This document shows, piece by piece, positions 46,654 through 62,028 of a DNA stretch of 64,000 nucleotides. Source of the DNA: Piromyces finnis finn. Lineage: Eukaryota; Fungi; Neocallimastigomycota. The position numbers and the translations under genes are program-made. Location of the stretch: the NCBI GenBank assembly GCA_002104945.1, contig MCFH01000004.1:310001-374000 (forward strand). The letters run 5' to 3'. Position 1 is the first letter of the stretch. Every line of letters begins with the position of its first letter. The notes under the pieces are model-generated. The model ran no database searches and was not told the DNA's origin. It saw nothing but the letters and a program-made list of their open reading frames with translations.

Positions 46654-49604
46654 TTTTTTTTATTCTATATTAAAAATAAATAATTATTAAATCCCAAAAT
46701 TTTTTTTTAAAAAGATTTTATTATTATAATTTTTAAATTTAACTATCAAAGTTGAATTTATTTTTTATTAAATAAAAAAGTTTTTTTTTTTTTATTTTCT
46801 TTCTTTTAATTATCCTTTAGGTGTATAATTGAAAAAAACTTTTTTATTTAAGATGAAAAATTTTTTTTTATCCATTTTTATTTATTATATATTCAAATTT
46901 TTTTTATTTTTAATTGAAAATATTCATTATTAATTTTAATATATAATAAAAAAGTGTGAAAGATTTGTAAATTTAATATTTAATTAATTAAAAATATTAA
47001 TAATTAAAGTTTATTTCTTAGTATTTTTTAATTTTTATAAAAAAAAGAGAATGAATATTATAGAAATAAATTTAATTTATTAATTTTTCAAAAACCAATT
47101 AAAAATAAGTAAAGAGGAAATATAATAAGATCTACAAAATAAGCAAATTAAATATAAATTAAATTTTGAATGTATACAACATTGATATGTGTATAAACTT
47201 CAAATATTAATAAAATGATTTATGGTAAATGGACAAAAAAGGAAAGATCCTTGTCGATGAAATGATCAATTTATATCATGATGAGATAATAATAGTAGAA
47301 TTAATTGATTAAATTAATTTATTTTAATTAATTAATTAACTTTAATTGTTCACCCATGAAATTCAAAAATTTAATATATTTTTAGTTAATATAAAGTTTT
47401 TAAATTATTAAAAAAATCTCTTTTTTTTTTTTGAATATTGAATAATAAAACCTTATTTTTAAAATTTAATTAAAATTTAATTAAAATTTGTCCTCCTACT
47501 CAACTTTTTTTTATTTAGTAATATTTAATTTTTTTTATAAAAAGTTTATTTAATAATACTTTTATTTATTAAGAATACTATTAAATAAACTTTTATTAAA
47601 ATTTCTTTATTGATAAAAAATATTATTTAATATTATTTAGTATTTATTAATATTTATAATAAAATAATAAAATAATAAATAATAAATTAGAGATAATAAA
47701 TAATAAATAAAATCCTTTATTAGATTAATTAATTCTATTTATTAATATTCATAATATATTTATCATAAATCATATAAATTATTTATTATTTAAATTACAA
47801 ATCTTAATTTATATTAAAGTTTATTTTTAATTTATTTTTAATATTAATCTTCTTGATTATTTAAAAAATAAAAAATAGTTTCTTTTAGTAAATTTCATTA
47901 GTAATTATGGTTATAAGAATGGCAAATGATGATAGTAATGATAATGTTGTTGTTGTTGTTGTTGTTCTTCCTTTTCCTCTTTTAATTAATAATAATCCAA
48001 TTTATTGTTGTTTTCAAATGAACATTTTAATTTCTTTTTAATTTTTTAAGAATTCATCACAATTGACATAAAGCGATTAATAAAAAGAATGGAATTTTTT
48101 TTATTAAATTTTATTTTAAAAGATAAATAAAAATTTCCTTTTAATTTATATTTAAATTATTAAATTCCTTTTTTTTTTTTTAAACAATCAATTTATAATT
48201 CTAATTATAATATAATTATATTATGTTTAGAATACTATTACTTTGTTTATAATAACCATAGTAAAAATAAATTTTTAAAAAATATAATAAAAAATTAGTA
48301 AAAAAAAGAAAATAAGAAAAAAATTATAAAGTAAATACAAAGCAAAAATATTTTTAGTTAGTTTTATAAACATTATACCTATCCTATCTTAAAAAAAGTT
48401 ACATATGTAGAATAAATTAATTTTAATTTTTTATTATTGGAATTTTAATTGAACTTTTATCATATAAATTAAAATTAATAATTCTATTGTTGATGAGTAA
48501 TACAATGACATAAATGAAAATGTATACGAAATGTAAATTCTCACACACAATGTATACGTATTACGTTTATATACAAAAAATTTTTATGTAAATAGCAAAA
48601 AGTTTAAATTTTCTACATTCTATATGACATGCTATGTCTAGGATGATGTTTTTGTTAGTAATATGGAGCAATATGGAGGGTTATTCTGATATTCTGACTT
48701 GAATAGATATAATAAGTAAATAGATAAATAGAAATTATATTGAAATAATTATTTTTTGTTTTACTCCAAATGAAAAAAAAAAAAACTTTTTTGTAGTACT
48801 TTAATTTTACTTTTATCATTGTTACTACCATAATAATATCCATTCTTTTTTTTAATTTTAAAGAGTAAAAAAAATATTAAAAATCATGTTATTAGATCTA
48901 TATTTATATATATAATTATTAATAGAGAATATAATAATTGAAAAATAAAGTAACAGTAACATTATTTTTATATGAATGGGAAATAAACTTATTAATAAAA
49001 AAGTCAAAATTATAGTATCATCTTTTCTATGATATTATAATTTTTTTTTTTACTATTTATATATATATATATGTAAAATAGTAATTGTATTATATATTGT
49101 ACTCGTTTTTTTTAGATTAGGAAGAGAATACATTTCTTGTATTTACTTATTTAATGAGATATTACATTATCTTAGGTAATAATACATATTGATAGATATA
49201 TAATTAATAATAAATAAGAATAGTAAAAAATATATATAAATATAAATAGAAAGATAAAATAAAATAAAATAAAATAATTATTAAAGTTGCGTAAAAGTTT
49301 ATTGAACTCTGCAATTTGTATTGTGTGGGATTGGTTCCTACCTAATAAATTAAATAAAATAAAAAAGAAAAGTAGCATCAGGTATTTGTTGTACTCATTA
49401 ATATTTAAAGATCAAATTTCTATTATCAATGTTTTCTTTTGTTATACATTCATTAATTATGACAGTTTTAACCATATACTTTAACTTATTATTATTCCTT
49501 TTATTCTTTTTTTTAAACAAAGTATATAAGTTACAAATGTAAAAAAAAAAAAAAAGAGTTATGATTTTATTTAAATATATCACACTTATTATTAAATTTA
49601 TATG

Positions 49605-49636
<32 letters not shown>

Positions 49637-50250
49637 TAAATTATATATAAAAATGCATTTTAATAAATAAAACCTTTTTTTTTTTTCTTCGGTTTTAATA
49701 CTTTATTTAATAATTATTCAGATATTTTATTATGGTATTATTATGTATTATAAATATTTATTTTTTATTAATATACATTCTATCTACACTATTACCAATG
49801 AAAAAAAAATTACCAAACTTTAAATGAGGTATATTGAGTTTTATTATTCTTATTATAATTATTATTTATTAATAAAAGGTTTACAATATTTTTTAAATTA
49901 TTGTTAGTATTATTTTTTGAATTTGTGTGCTTCATTTTTTATTAAATAACGATACTTTTGATACGATAAAAATGTTTATATATATATGCATAATTATATA
50001 TATTATAGTTTGTTTAACGTCTATTAGAAGAACCTTTTTAAAAGGGATTTGATGTAATTAAAACTTTAACTAGTTTTTTTTTTTTTTATTCTTTTTGTTT
50101 TTTTTATTAATATTTTAAAATATATAGAAATTTAAATTTATACACGTATATAGTGTATTTGGGTATTAATATGTTAGTTACACTTTATATTTAGTGTTTT
50201 TATATATATATATATATATTTCTTTTTTATATTTTTTAAAAAAAAATCAC

Positions 50251-50622
50251 TTAATGAGCATTATTTTCGGTATTATTTGGTACAGAAGGACAAAGCATTT
50301 GAGCTGACATTACTGGGAAACTTGCAGAATCAAGTCCATTTTTAGTATCAGAATTACCTTCCATAAGAAGATTAAGATCCAAAGGAACTGATGGTGTTGG
50401 ATTAGTGACAGGAGCGGCTGGTTGAGCACCTAAATCAGCAAAATCAGCAAATGGATTATTATCTGTGTTAGTAGTACTGGCAGCAGCAATAGGTTCCTTT
50501 TTAATACCAAAAGCATCAAAAAGTTTATCATTTTCATTCATTTTCTTATCCGCTGGTGTGGATGGTCCATTACTGAATAAAGGATCAAATTCTTCAAATA
50601 AATTTTGTTGTTGTTGATTCAT
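50251..50622 (-). CDS. Short, probably disordered 123-aa protein rich in endocytic-adaptor-like motifs; function unknown
   Basis: Open ATG-to-stop ORF with GC content and codon usage resembling host genes; FEEFDPLF, LFDAF, NPFADFADL. Confidence 0.55.
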   Translation of the reverse strand: MNQQQQNLFEEFDPLFSNGPSTPADKKMNENDKLFDAFGIKKEPIAAASTTNTDNNPFADFADLGAQPAAPVTNPTPSVPLDLNLLMEGNSDTKNGLDSASFPVMSAQMLCPSVPNNTENNAH

Positions 50623-51108
50623 ATTTAAAAACTTTAATAAAAAAAAAATGTTTGTTATATATCGTGAATAAAAGGTTTTTTGTAGTGCTATGTATATTTG
50701 ATTATATTATTTATTTATAAAGATGTATATTATTTATATTCTAAAAATGCCTTTTTTTTTTTTTTTTTTTAATTTTTTATTATCTGCAATAGAAAATTAT
50801 TGCCCTTTTTTTTAATTTGATTTGGAAATTGAAAATAGAAAAAAAAAAAAAGTAAAGAAATTTGTGTTATGAAGTAATATTAATTTTTTTAGAATAGAAT
50901 TATTAATTTAAATGATAATAATAATAATAATAATAATAAAATTGAAAAAAGTATTTTGAAAAAAAGTTTTAGTTATGATTTAAAATTTTTATGTTTGAAT
51001 AATTATAAAAACAATAACAATTATATTTAGTATTGTCGAGATTTTTTTTTTTTTGTTTTATTTTAAAAAAACCCTCTAATTAATTTATTAATTTTCTTTA
51101 TTTTTTAT

Positions 51109-51145
<37 letters not shown>

Positions 51146-51899
51146 TTTTCACTCTTTCTTTTTTTTTTTTTTTTTTGGTTTTTTTATAAATTAAGAAATT
51201 AAAAAAGAAAAGGTAAAAAAAAAAAAAATTCTAATATAAAATATATAAAATAAATCGAATAAACTATTCTTTAATAATTATAATACTATTTATACTTTTA
51301 CTTTAATTATAAAGTATAATAATAACTAATAGAACAAATGAAAAATATAAAACTTTATATTTTATATTTTGGTAATATTTTTTAAATATACTTTTTTTAA
51401 TTTTAAAGAAATTTAATTGTAAATACTATTATTTAAAAAAAAAAAGATTAAATACATAAAAAGAAGTATAGATTTTTAATAATAATAAACTATTTATTAA
51501 AAAATGATTCTATATTTTATTATTAAATAGGTTTTTTTTTTTTTTTTTTTTTTTTTTGATATAGTTCTATTTTTTTTTGAGGGTTCTAAATAAATTCAAA
51601 TAAGATGTATTATTAAAAAATACGAATTCTTCTTTTATTAATAAGAATATAATATCATTTTTTTATTGATTTATATTTATACATATTTATATTATATTTA
51701 TCTAGAATGATACTAAGAAAAAAAGGTTAAAAATATAGTATTTTTAAAGTTAAATATAAGCTTGTCTTTTTTTTTTTTTTTTTCATATATATATTATTCC
51801 TCTCTCTACAAATTTTACAAGATATATAATTTAAAATTATGACATTCTGTAAAATATAGGTATAATATATAATATTATATAATATGTATTTTATGAAAA

Positions 51900-52497
51900 A
51901 ATACTAATAATATATTTAATATAGGATAATTCTTCATAAGAGAGGAGAGGTTTCCTGTGGTAAAAGAAGAATTTTCTAAAACTATCAATTAGTCAATATT
52001 AGTATCTTTAAAAACTTTGAGTAAATCTTCAGTACATTTTTTTGATTTACATGTATCAACCAAAACTTCATCAGCACCAGTTTTAGTAATTAAATAAATA
52101 GAATATGGACATAAATCCCTGTTTTCATCAGTTTGACATTTTAATTGAAATCCATGAACAGCTGATTTAAATACAAGTGGTTGAAACATTTCATCGTATT
52201 GAGGAAGCTTGCTACAAATTGGAAAATATTTTGATTTATCAGGCTTATCATAGAAATTTTGACATTTATCAGATTTAGTTTTTTGACATACTTCTTTGTA
52301 ATTATAAAGTGTAAATACCGGCCGGCATACATTCACTATTATATTCCGAATTATCAAACTCATTAATACATTCTTCACCTAAAGAATAGGTAAAAGAATC
52401 TTCATTAAAAGTAATATCTCTTTTAGGAATAGATGGGTGAAGCCCTAAAACTAGCTAATGATAAAGTTATAGAAAATAGTATATTACAAATTTTCAT
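51900..52497 (-). pseudogene. Disrupted secreted Cys-rich protein gene
   Basis: Signal-peptide-like MKICNILFSITLSLA; a frameshift near 52450; a 4-bp duplication (ATGCCG-GCCG-GTA) near 52320; Cys-rich body; in-frame stop at 51989 with coding-like sequence beyond it. Confidence 0.65.
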
Positions 52498-53014
52498 TTC
52501 AAGTATAAAGATACTTTAAAATATTATTAAGATAAAGCTGTAATATAATGTATTAATATAAGAATTTATTTATAATAAAAAAAATATTAATTAATTAAAT
52601 CATTTTATAAATCAAAAAAACAGAAATAAAATAAAAAAGTGATATAACTCGGTTCTAATTTCCTTTTTAGGGGGAAACCTTATGTAATAATGTTTTTTAA
52701 ATAAATTTTATTAAATATAAATCTGGCTATGATATAACAAGAAGCAAAGAATTAATTACAAGAAATAATAATACATTTATATATCTTTTAATAATTATAA
52801 ACTATGTTTTGTTTTTTTAATTAATAAATATATAATAACTAGTATAAAAAATATAAAAATATTAAAGTATAATAAAAATATAATAAAATGTAAATATGAA
52901 ATATAAAATATTATTAATAAATAAAAGAAATTATTTATAAAACGTAAAATTATGTTATATTTTTATATTTTTATTATTTAAATTAATAAAATAAATTTAT
53001 GTTATCGCATAAAT

Positions 53015-54905
53015 TTAAAGAGGATAATAATACAGAAGATGATAATAATAAAATCAAACGGAGTATCAGATGAAATTAAAGAAGCTATACTTGAAGGAAT
53101 TGAAGATGATATAAACGATGAATAAAGATGAATCATTAGTTAAAGAAAAATCTAATAACATTGATGAAATTAAGGAATATGCTTTAGCAAAGGAATCCGA
53201 AATAAGCCAATACAATACAGAAACGTTAGAAAAAAATAAACATAAAGTAATTAAGCTTTTTAAATTAGTTAAAAATATGAATTCAATAATTGGTAATGTT
53301 AATGTTAAAGAATATTTATCAAATGGAAAAGTTCAATATGGTAAAGATATTGAAAAAATTAAATTAAATAGTGAATTAAAAAACTGTGTTAGAGAAATTA
53401 AAAGCAGTTGCATTAAATGAAATTGAACCCTCAAAGAATACAGATTTTGATAAATTAACCAATATAGTAGCATTTTTAATATTTACAACAGGTGATAAAG
53501 ATGGTAAGTTAATTAAGGAAAAAGATACTAATGGTAACTTAGTTCCTGTTTCAATACCAATAACAGTTAACGGAGAAGAGAAAGCTATAAGTGTTAAAGA
53601 TCTTATTCCCAATTTAAAAAATCTAGAAGGAAAAGAATTTGACGATGAATTTAGTCAATTATATGATATATATATCCCTTGTAAAATATTCAAAACAATT
53701 TGAAAATTTTTATAATGAAGAAATGGATATAGCAAATTTAATAGAAACCCCGAAGAAACAATTAAACAACAAAATGTGATGCCACATCTTCTCAAACCAT
53801 ATAACAAACTTGAAAATAAATACAAAGATTTAATATAGCACCGGAAGATGTTTATGTTCAAATGTCGAATGATGATAACTTTGATAAATCATTAAAGTCA
53901 CTTATATCAGAAATTAACGATTACGATGATATCGAAAATATTAAAGATTTTAATAATTTTCCTGAAAATGTACAAATGCAATGAAATACCAATATAGAAT
54001 TACCTGAGGATATATAAAAACAATGAATCATTATATAAAGCTATGACACTTTATTGTATGAAAAGTAGTAAATGTAAACAATATATTAGTAATGATAAGG
54101 TATCATTTAATGGCATTACATATAATAGTCAAAATAATGATAAGACAGTGATAAATCATTCACTAATTATCACTGATGATGAAAGCAAAGTAACATTTGA
54201 CGCTTTTACATTAAATGAAGTTGATAATGAATATAAACTAGATGAACTAAATAATAGTGAAGAACTGAATATTTTAAATAAAAATGGAGATAATAATAAT
54301 ATAAATAAAATAAAGGTAAATAGTAATGAATATATAAAAAGTTATGGTATAGGACTTATGGCTGCATGTAGATATGATATAGAAAAAGTGGATGGTACTA
54401 AGCTAACACCTAATGAATAAGCGTTAAATAATGAACAATATAATGAAGCTTCCGATAATGAAATAGTTGAAAAGAAATTTGGAGTTGTGAATAATGGTGA
54501 GTTTAATATGAATGCGTCATAAAACTAGATGTATTTGATAGTAATGTAATTTTAAATCACGATATAGATGAATCCATTATAAAAGAATTAGGAAAAAAAT
54601 GTTAGAATATCGACATGAAACTGGTTTAATAGATGATGATGAACTGCAAATGTTGATGATTCATTCAGGTGCTATGTTAGGAAGAGATTTATGTAATGAG
54701 AATGAAGGACTTATTCATTATACAGATGATAAAAAATCGCAATCAAGATATATTAATGTCAAAGAATCAATGAACATATAAAATAAGCTTAAAGATTTAG
54801 AGAATGATCGATCTAAATGTTTAATAAATCATAATTGTTCCAAAAAAATGCGCATATCCAGAAATTTTGATGTAGAAGGAAAATTAATAAGTTCTTTACA
54901 AAATT
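53015..54905 (+). pseudogene. Intronless relic of a large Lys/Glu/Asn/Asp-rich protein of unrecognised family; many frameshifts and stops
   Basis: Successive ORF-track pieces (53118, 53386, 54043, 54599) link into one coding-like stretch through frameshifts and stops; sharp AT-rich boundaries. Confidence 0.6.
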
Positions 54906-57900
54906 TTTTATATTTAGATTTTTCAATTTTGAGATTTGAGCAAGTAAAAATATACATAAATTTCAGAGTGTCATTCTAATAAATTATATATTTTAAATAA
55001 ATTTATTATTAAAAAAAAAGGAAATTCGTATGAAATCTATAAAGTCTATTTTATTTTAATTAAAAAAAAAAATTACATAATATATGATATATATATAGCT
55101 TATTTTTTTTAAAAAGGTTTGTCTAGTGGAATTAAAATTATTAAATAATTGAAATATTCAATAAAGTTGTATAAAGAAAGTATTTTTTTTTAATGAAAAT
55201 AATATATTTTGTCATTAAATAATTTAATAAAAAAAAATAAAATATATAAATCATTTTAGTACTCTCTTTTTTTTTTTTTTTTTTTTGTTATTTACTAATT
55301 ATAAAAATAATAAAATAATTATAATTTTAACTATTTTATATATTTAGAATAATTAAATATATAAAAAATGTAAAATATTCATAATTCTTGATGATAATTA
55401 TATTAATATAGCTTACTATAGTGATGTGACAAAGTGATTTATTATTTTTAGTGTATTTTATGCATATGTATTAAAAAGTTACTATTAATAAAGCTTTATT
55501 TTATTTCCTGGTATAAAGTCTAGCTAAAGTCAACTTTCTTCTGTCCAAAAAGTTTGGCTAAAACTCAAAAAAAAATACAAAGATAGTTTTTTAACATTAT
55601 CATCACCTTTTCGCTTTTACCCCACTCTATATACTTTTATATAATTATATATTACATATTTTTCATACTTATTAATTAGAATTAATAGAAACTTCTATAC
55701 ATCCATGTTTTTTTAATATTAAGAATATTAAAAATAAACACATTTAAAATTTCCATGATCAAAACTTAAAATATTAATATTTTTAAAAAATATTCATTTA
55801 ATTTTAATATATAATTTATTAACCAAATTAATATTGAATAATAAATGAATAAATGAATAAATTACTATATTTAATGAGTGAATGATTAGATAAATAACAC
55901 TTTCTCAACTAGGTAATTTTAATTATTTATATTTAGATTTATATTAATTTTTACCCTAATTTAATTATGTTATGTATATATATAAACTAGATATACAATA
56001 TTTTTTTTTATTTAAAATAATTCACCATAAACCATCCATAACCTACAAAAAATCAAAAATTAATCAATAATATATAATATTTATTAATATAATCATTTAT
56101 TAATGATGATTATATTAATAAATGGTTAATAATTAATGAATAAGAATTATATAAGATTTTTTTTAAACCAAACAATAATAGCAAAGGTTTTAGTTTTCAT
56201 TATTTAAAATACAATTTGGAAGACATTTAAAAGACTTTTCAAGTCCATTACTTTTAATGCTGAACTTATATATTAAAAATATATCTAAATATATAATATA
56301 GACTACTTTTAAATATATTATTTTATTTATATTGAGTATTTATTTTTTAAATATTATGTAATATATGGTGAATATATGATATATATTATATTATATTGAC
56401 TCTATAAAAAGACAAATAAATAAATTAATAAATGTTACTTGTTGAATAAAAGAAAAGTAATATTATAATAATAATGAAAATTGAATTTTTAAACTCTTGC
56501 ATGTTAATAAAATGTGGTTAATGAATTGATAAATAAACTTTTTTTTAATATGATTTTACTATAAAAAGTAATAATAAAAATACTTTTTTATATTAATTTA
56601 TTATACATGTTTTTCTTAGCTACCATAATTGGTAAACTTGTTAACCTTGTAGTTAAAAAAAAAGATCTTCAATTTCATGCTAGCACAGATTTAGCTTTAA
56701 ATGCTATTTTTATATATATTCTAGGACATTTTATACTAAGAGATTTTCATGTTGAAACTATTCACCAAAATCATTTAATGTTAGTAATTATTTAATATTA
56801 TTACTAACATTAAATGATTTTAGAGGTCTTTCTTTTATTTGGTATAAATTTATTTTGTACAACATTTAATATATTGATTTTAATTTATGCAATCATGAAA
56901 TAAATTATTTTAATTTAAAGTTTAATGTAAAATTTAATAAAAAACTTTCTCTGATCATTATAACCAATACCATATAAACTTTAATTTATAATATATTATA
57001 AATCACATTATATTTTTTTGCTTTAATATAAAATGTGATAAAAATAAATTAAAGTTTATTTTATATTGTTTTAATGTGATGATTTGTGGAAAAAAAAAAA
57101 AGAGTAATATTTTTTTAAATAATATTTAAATAATACTTGATAATACTTGATAAATATAATTATTCTTATTAATTATTATGGTAATAATAAAAAACACTCA
57201 TTGTTATGAAATGAAAAAAGAAAAGTACACTATATATGAAGTAGCAAAATAAAGATGTTTTTCATAATTATATATATTATTTAATTATTTAATAGCATGA
57301 ATCATTCAAAAAGAAAAAGAAACAATTTTAATATTAATTAAACTATAACAATGCTTATAAATATAATGAAAAAAAGTTTAATTTTTTTAAATTTAAATTA
57401 ATATTATTTATTTATTATTTATATTGAAGGTATACAATAAAGATTATGACTTTGAAACAATAAAATATAAAATATAATATAAATATATTTTATGTTTCTT
57501 TTTTTTTTATTATTCCTATTTTTTTTAGAAAGGTTCAACTAGGATTAAAAAACATTAATTAAAATAATTCTTTTTTTATTATAGTTATAAACTTATTCAA
57601 CTATATACTATTCCATTCCATAATAATAAAAATAAAAATAAAAACGGCTATAACAAGGAGGATAGATGAAAAAAACTAAAAAAAAAATTAATTCAAATCA
57701 TTATAAAAAAATTTTTAATTAAGGATTCAAACTCATAAATTTTAATTTTAAATTAATTTAAAAATATAAATTAATTTAAGCATTCAATCCTTTTTTTTTA
57801 TATATATATAGTTTTACAATTCTTTTTTTTTTTTTTTTTTCATTCTTCTTCCTGTATATTTTAAATTTGTAATATCAGCATTTATAAGTTATATACTATA

Positions 57901-58451
57901 ATAGTTATTAACGTTATTGTATTTTGATATATCTAATTACTTTTATAAAAACGTTAAATATAAAGTATATATATAATATAATAAAATGTTTTTAAGATTT
58001 TAATCATAAAAAAAAAAGAATGCAATTATATCAAATATATTAATGTCATTATTTAAAAAAAAAAGTGACAAAAGGTTTTTAAAAGAAAAGTAATAATAAA
58101 TTTATTTTTTTTTTTTTACATATTTCGCTATATCTATTATTAGATAATAAAATCAATCAAAGAATAAAACTTTTTTTTTAAATATATTTTCAAAAAAAAA
58201 AAAAAAATTAAGATAATTATAAAAAACAGTAAAAGAAGAAACAATAATAATTATACATATTTACTGTTTTTCTTTTCTTTTTTTTTTTTTTTTTTGGAAA
58301 AAATATAGATTTAATATCCTTATTAATCTCAGTTAACATTAACATTGTATTATAATAATAATAAAAAAAAAGTGTAATTGATTAAACCAACAAGCAAACT
58401 AACAACAAAAAAAGAAATATATAGAATAAAAAAAACCATATATCTATAATC

Positions 58452-61203
<2,752 letters not shown>

Positions 61204-61547
61204 ATACCATTTTTAAAAACCGTTTTCAAGAAAATATATTTTCAAGAAAAACAATATGCATTTTTGAGTAATTATTAAATATCTTTTTTTTTTTTTTATT
61301 AAAAAAAACATTTTTAAATACCAACTTAGATAAAAAAAAAACTATACTATTAATTTCTTATAAATAAGAAAATATAATTTTTTTTTTTTTACATTACAAA
61401 ATGTATAACTATTATGAATTATATTATCATAATTATCATTTATCTTTCCTATATTTTTTTTTACCATAATAATGAAAAGGAAAAATAAATAAAATTTTGA
61501 ACTTTAAAATTAAATAATAATAAGGAAAATAATATATCGATGATTTA

Positions 61548-61565
61548 TAATATATCCTAACAAAG

Positions 61566-61606
<41 letters not shown>

Positions 61607-61692
61607 TACAGCAGTTAGGATTTTTTTTTTTTTCTTTGTTAGGATATATTATCAAAATAACAATTGTAAAAAATACAATTGTTATTTTGATA
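61548..61692. repeat. Two adjacent perfect inverted repeats
   Basis: TAATATATCCTAACAAAG(A)13 at 61548-61578 pairs with 61621-61651; TATCAAAATAACAATTGTA at 61650-61668 pairs with 61674-61692. Confidence 0.9.
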
Positions 61693-62028
61693 TATACCTT
61701 ATCCCTTATTAATAAAACCCTAAAAAAGTAAAAAATAAAGTTATATTAATTTATTATAATCTTACATAGATTTATGTATAAAATTTATTAGAAAAATATT
61801 ATTGGATTGATTACTAAATAAAAGTTAACAAATTATTTTAATTTTATAAAAGATGATTAATGTAAATATTCATAAAACAAAAATATAAAGATATATAAAG
61901 CGTTTTTTTTTTTTTCTTTACAAAAAAAAAAAAAAAATAAAAATAAATAAATAAAAAAAAAATAAAAAAAAATAAAAAAATAAAATAATATTTTTTATTC
62001 TTTAAAACAAAAGTTAAAAAAAAAAAAA

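Noticed and set aside
55510-55570. Short GC-richer patch with GCTAAA motifs resembling 63781-63840
   Set aside because: Similarity is too short and patchy to call a shared element.
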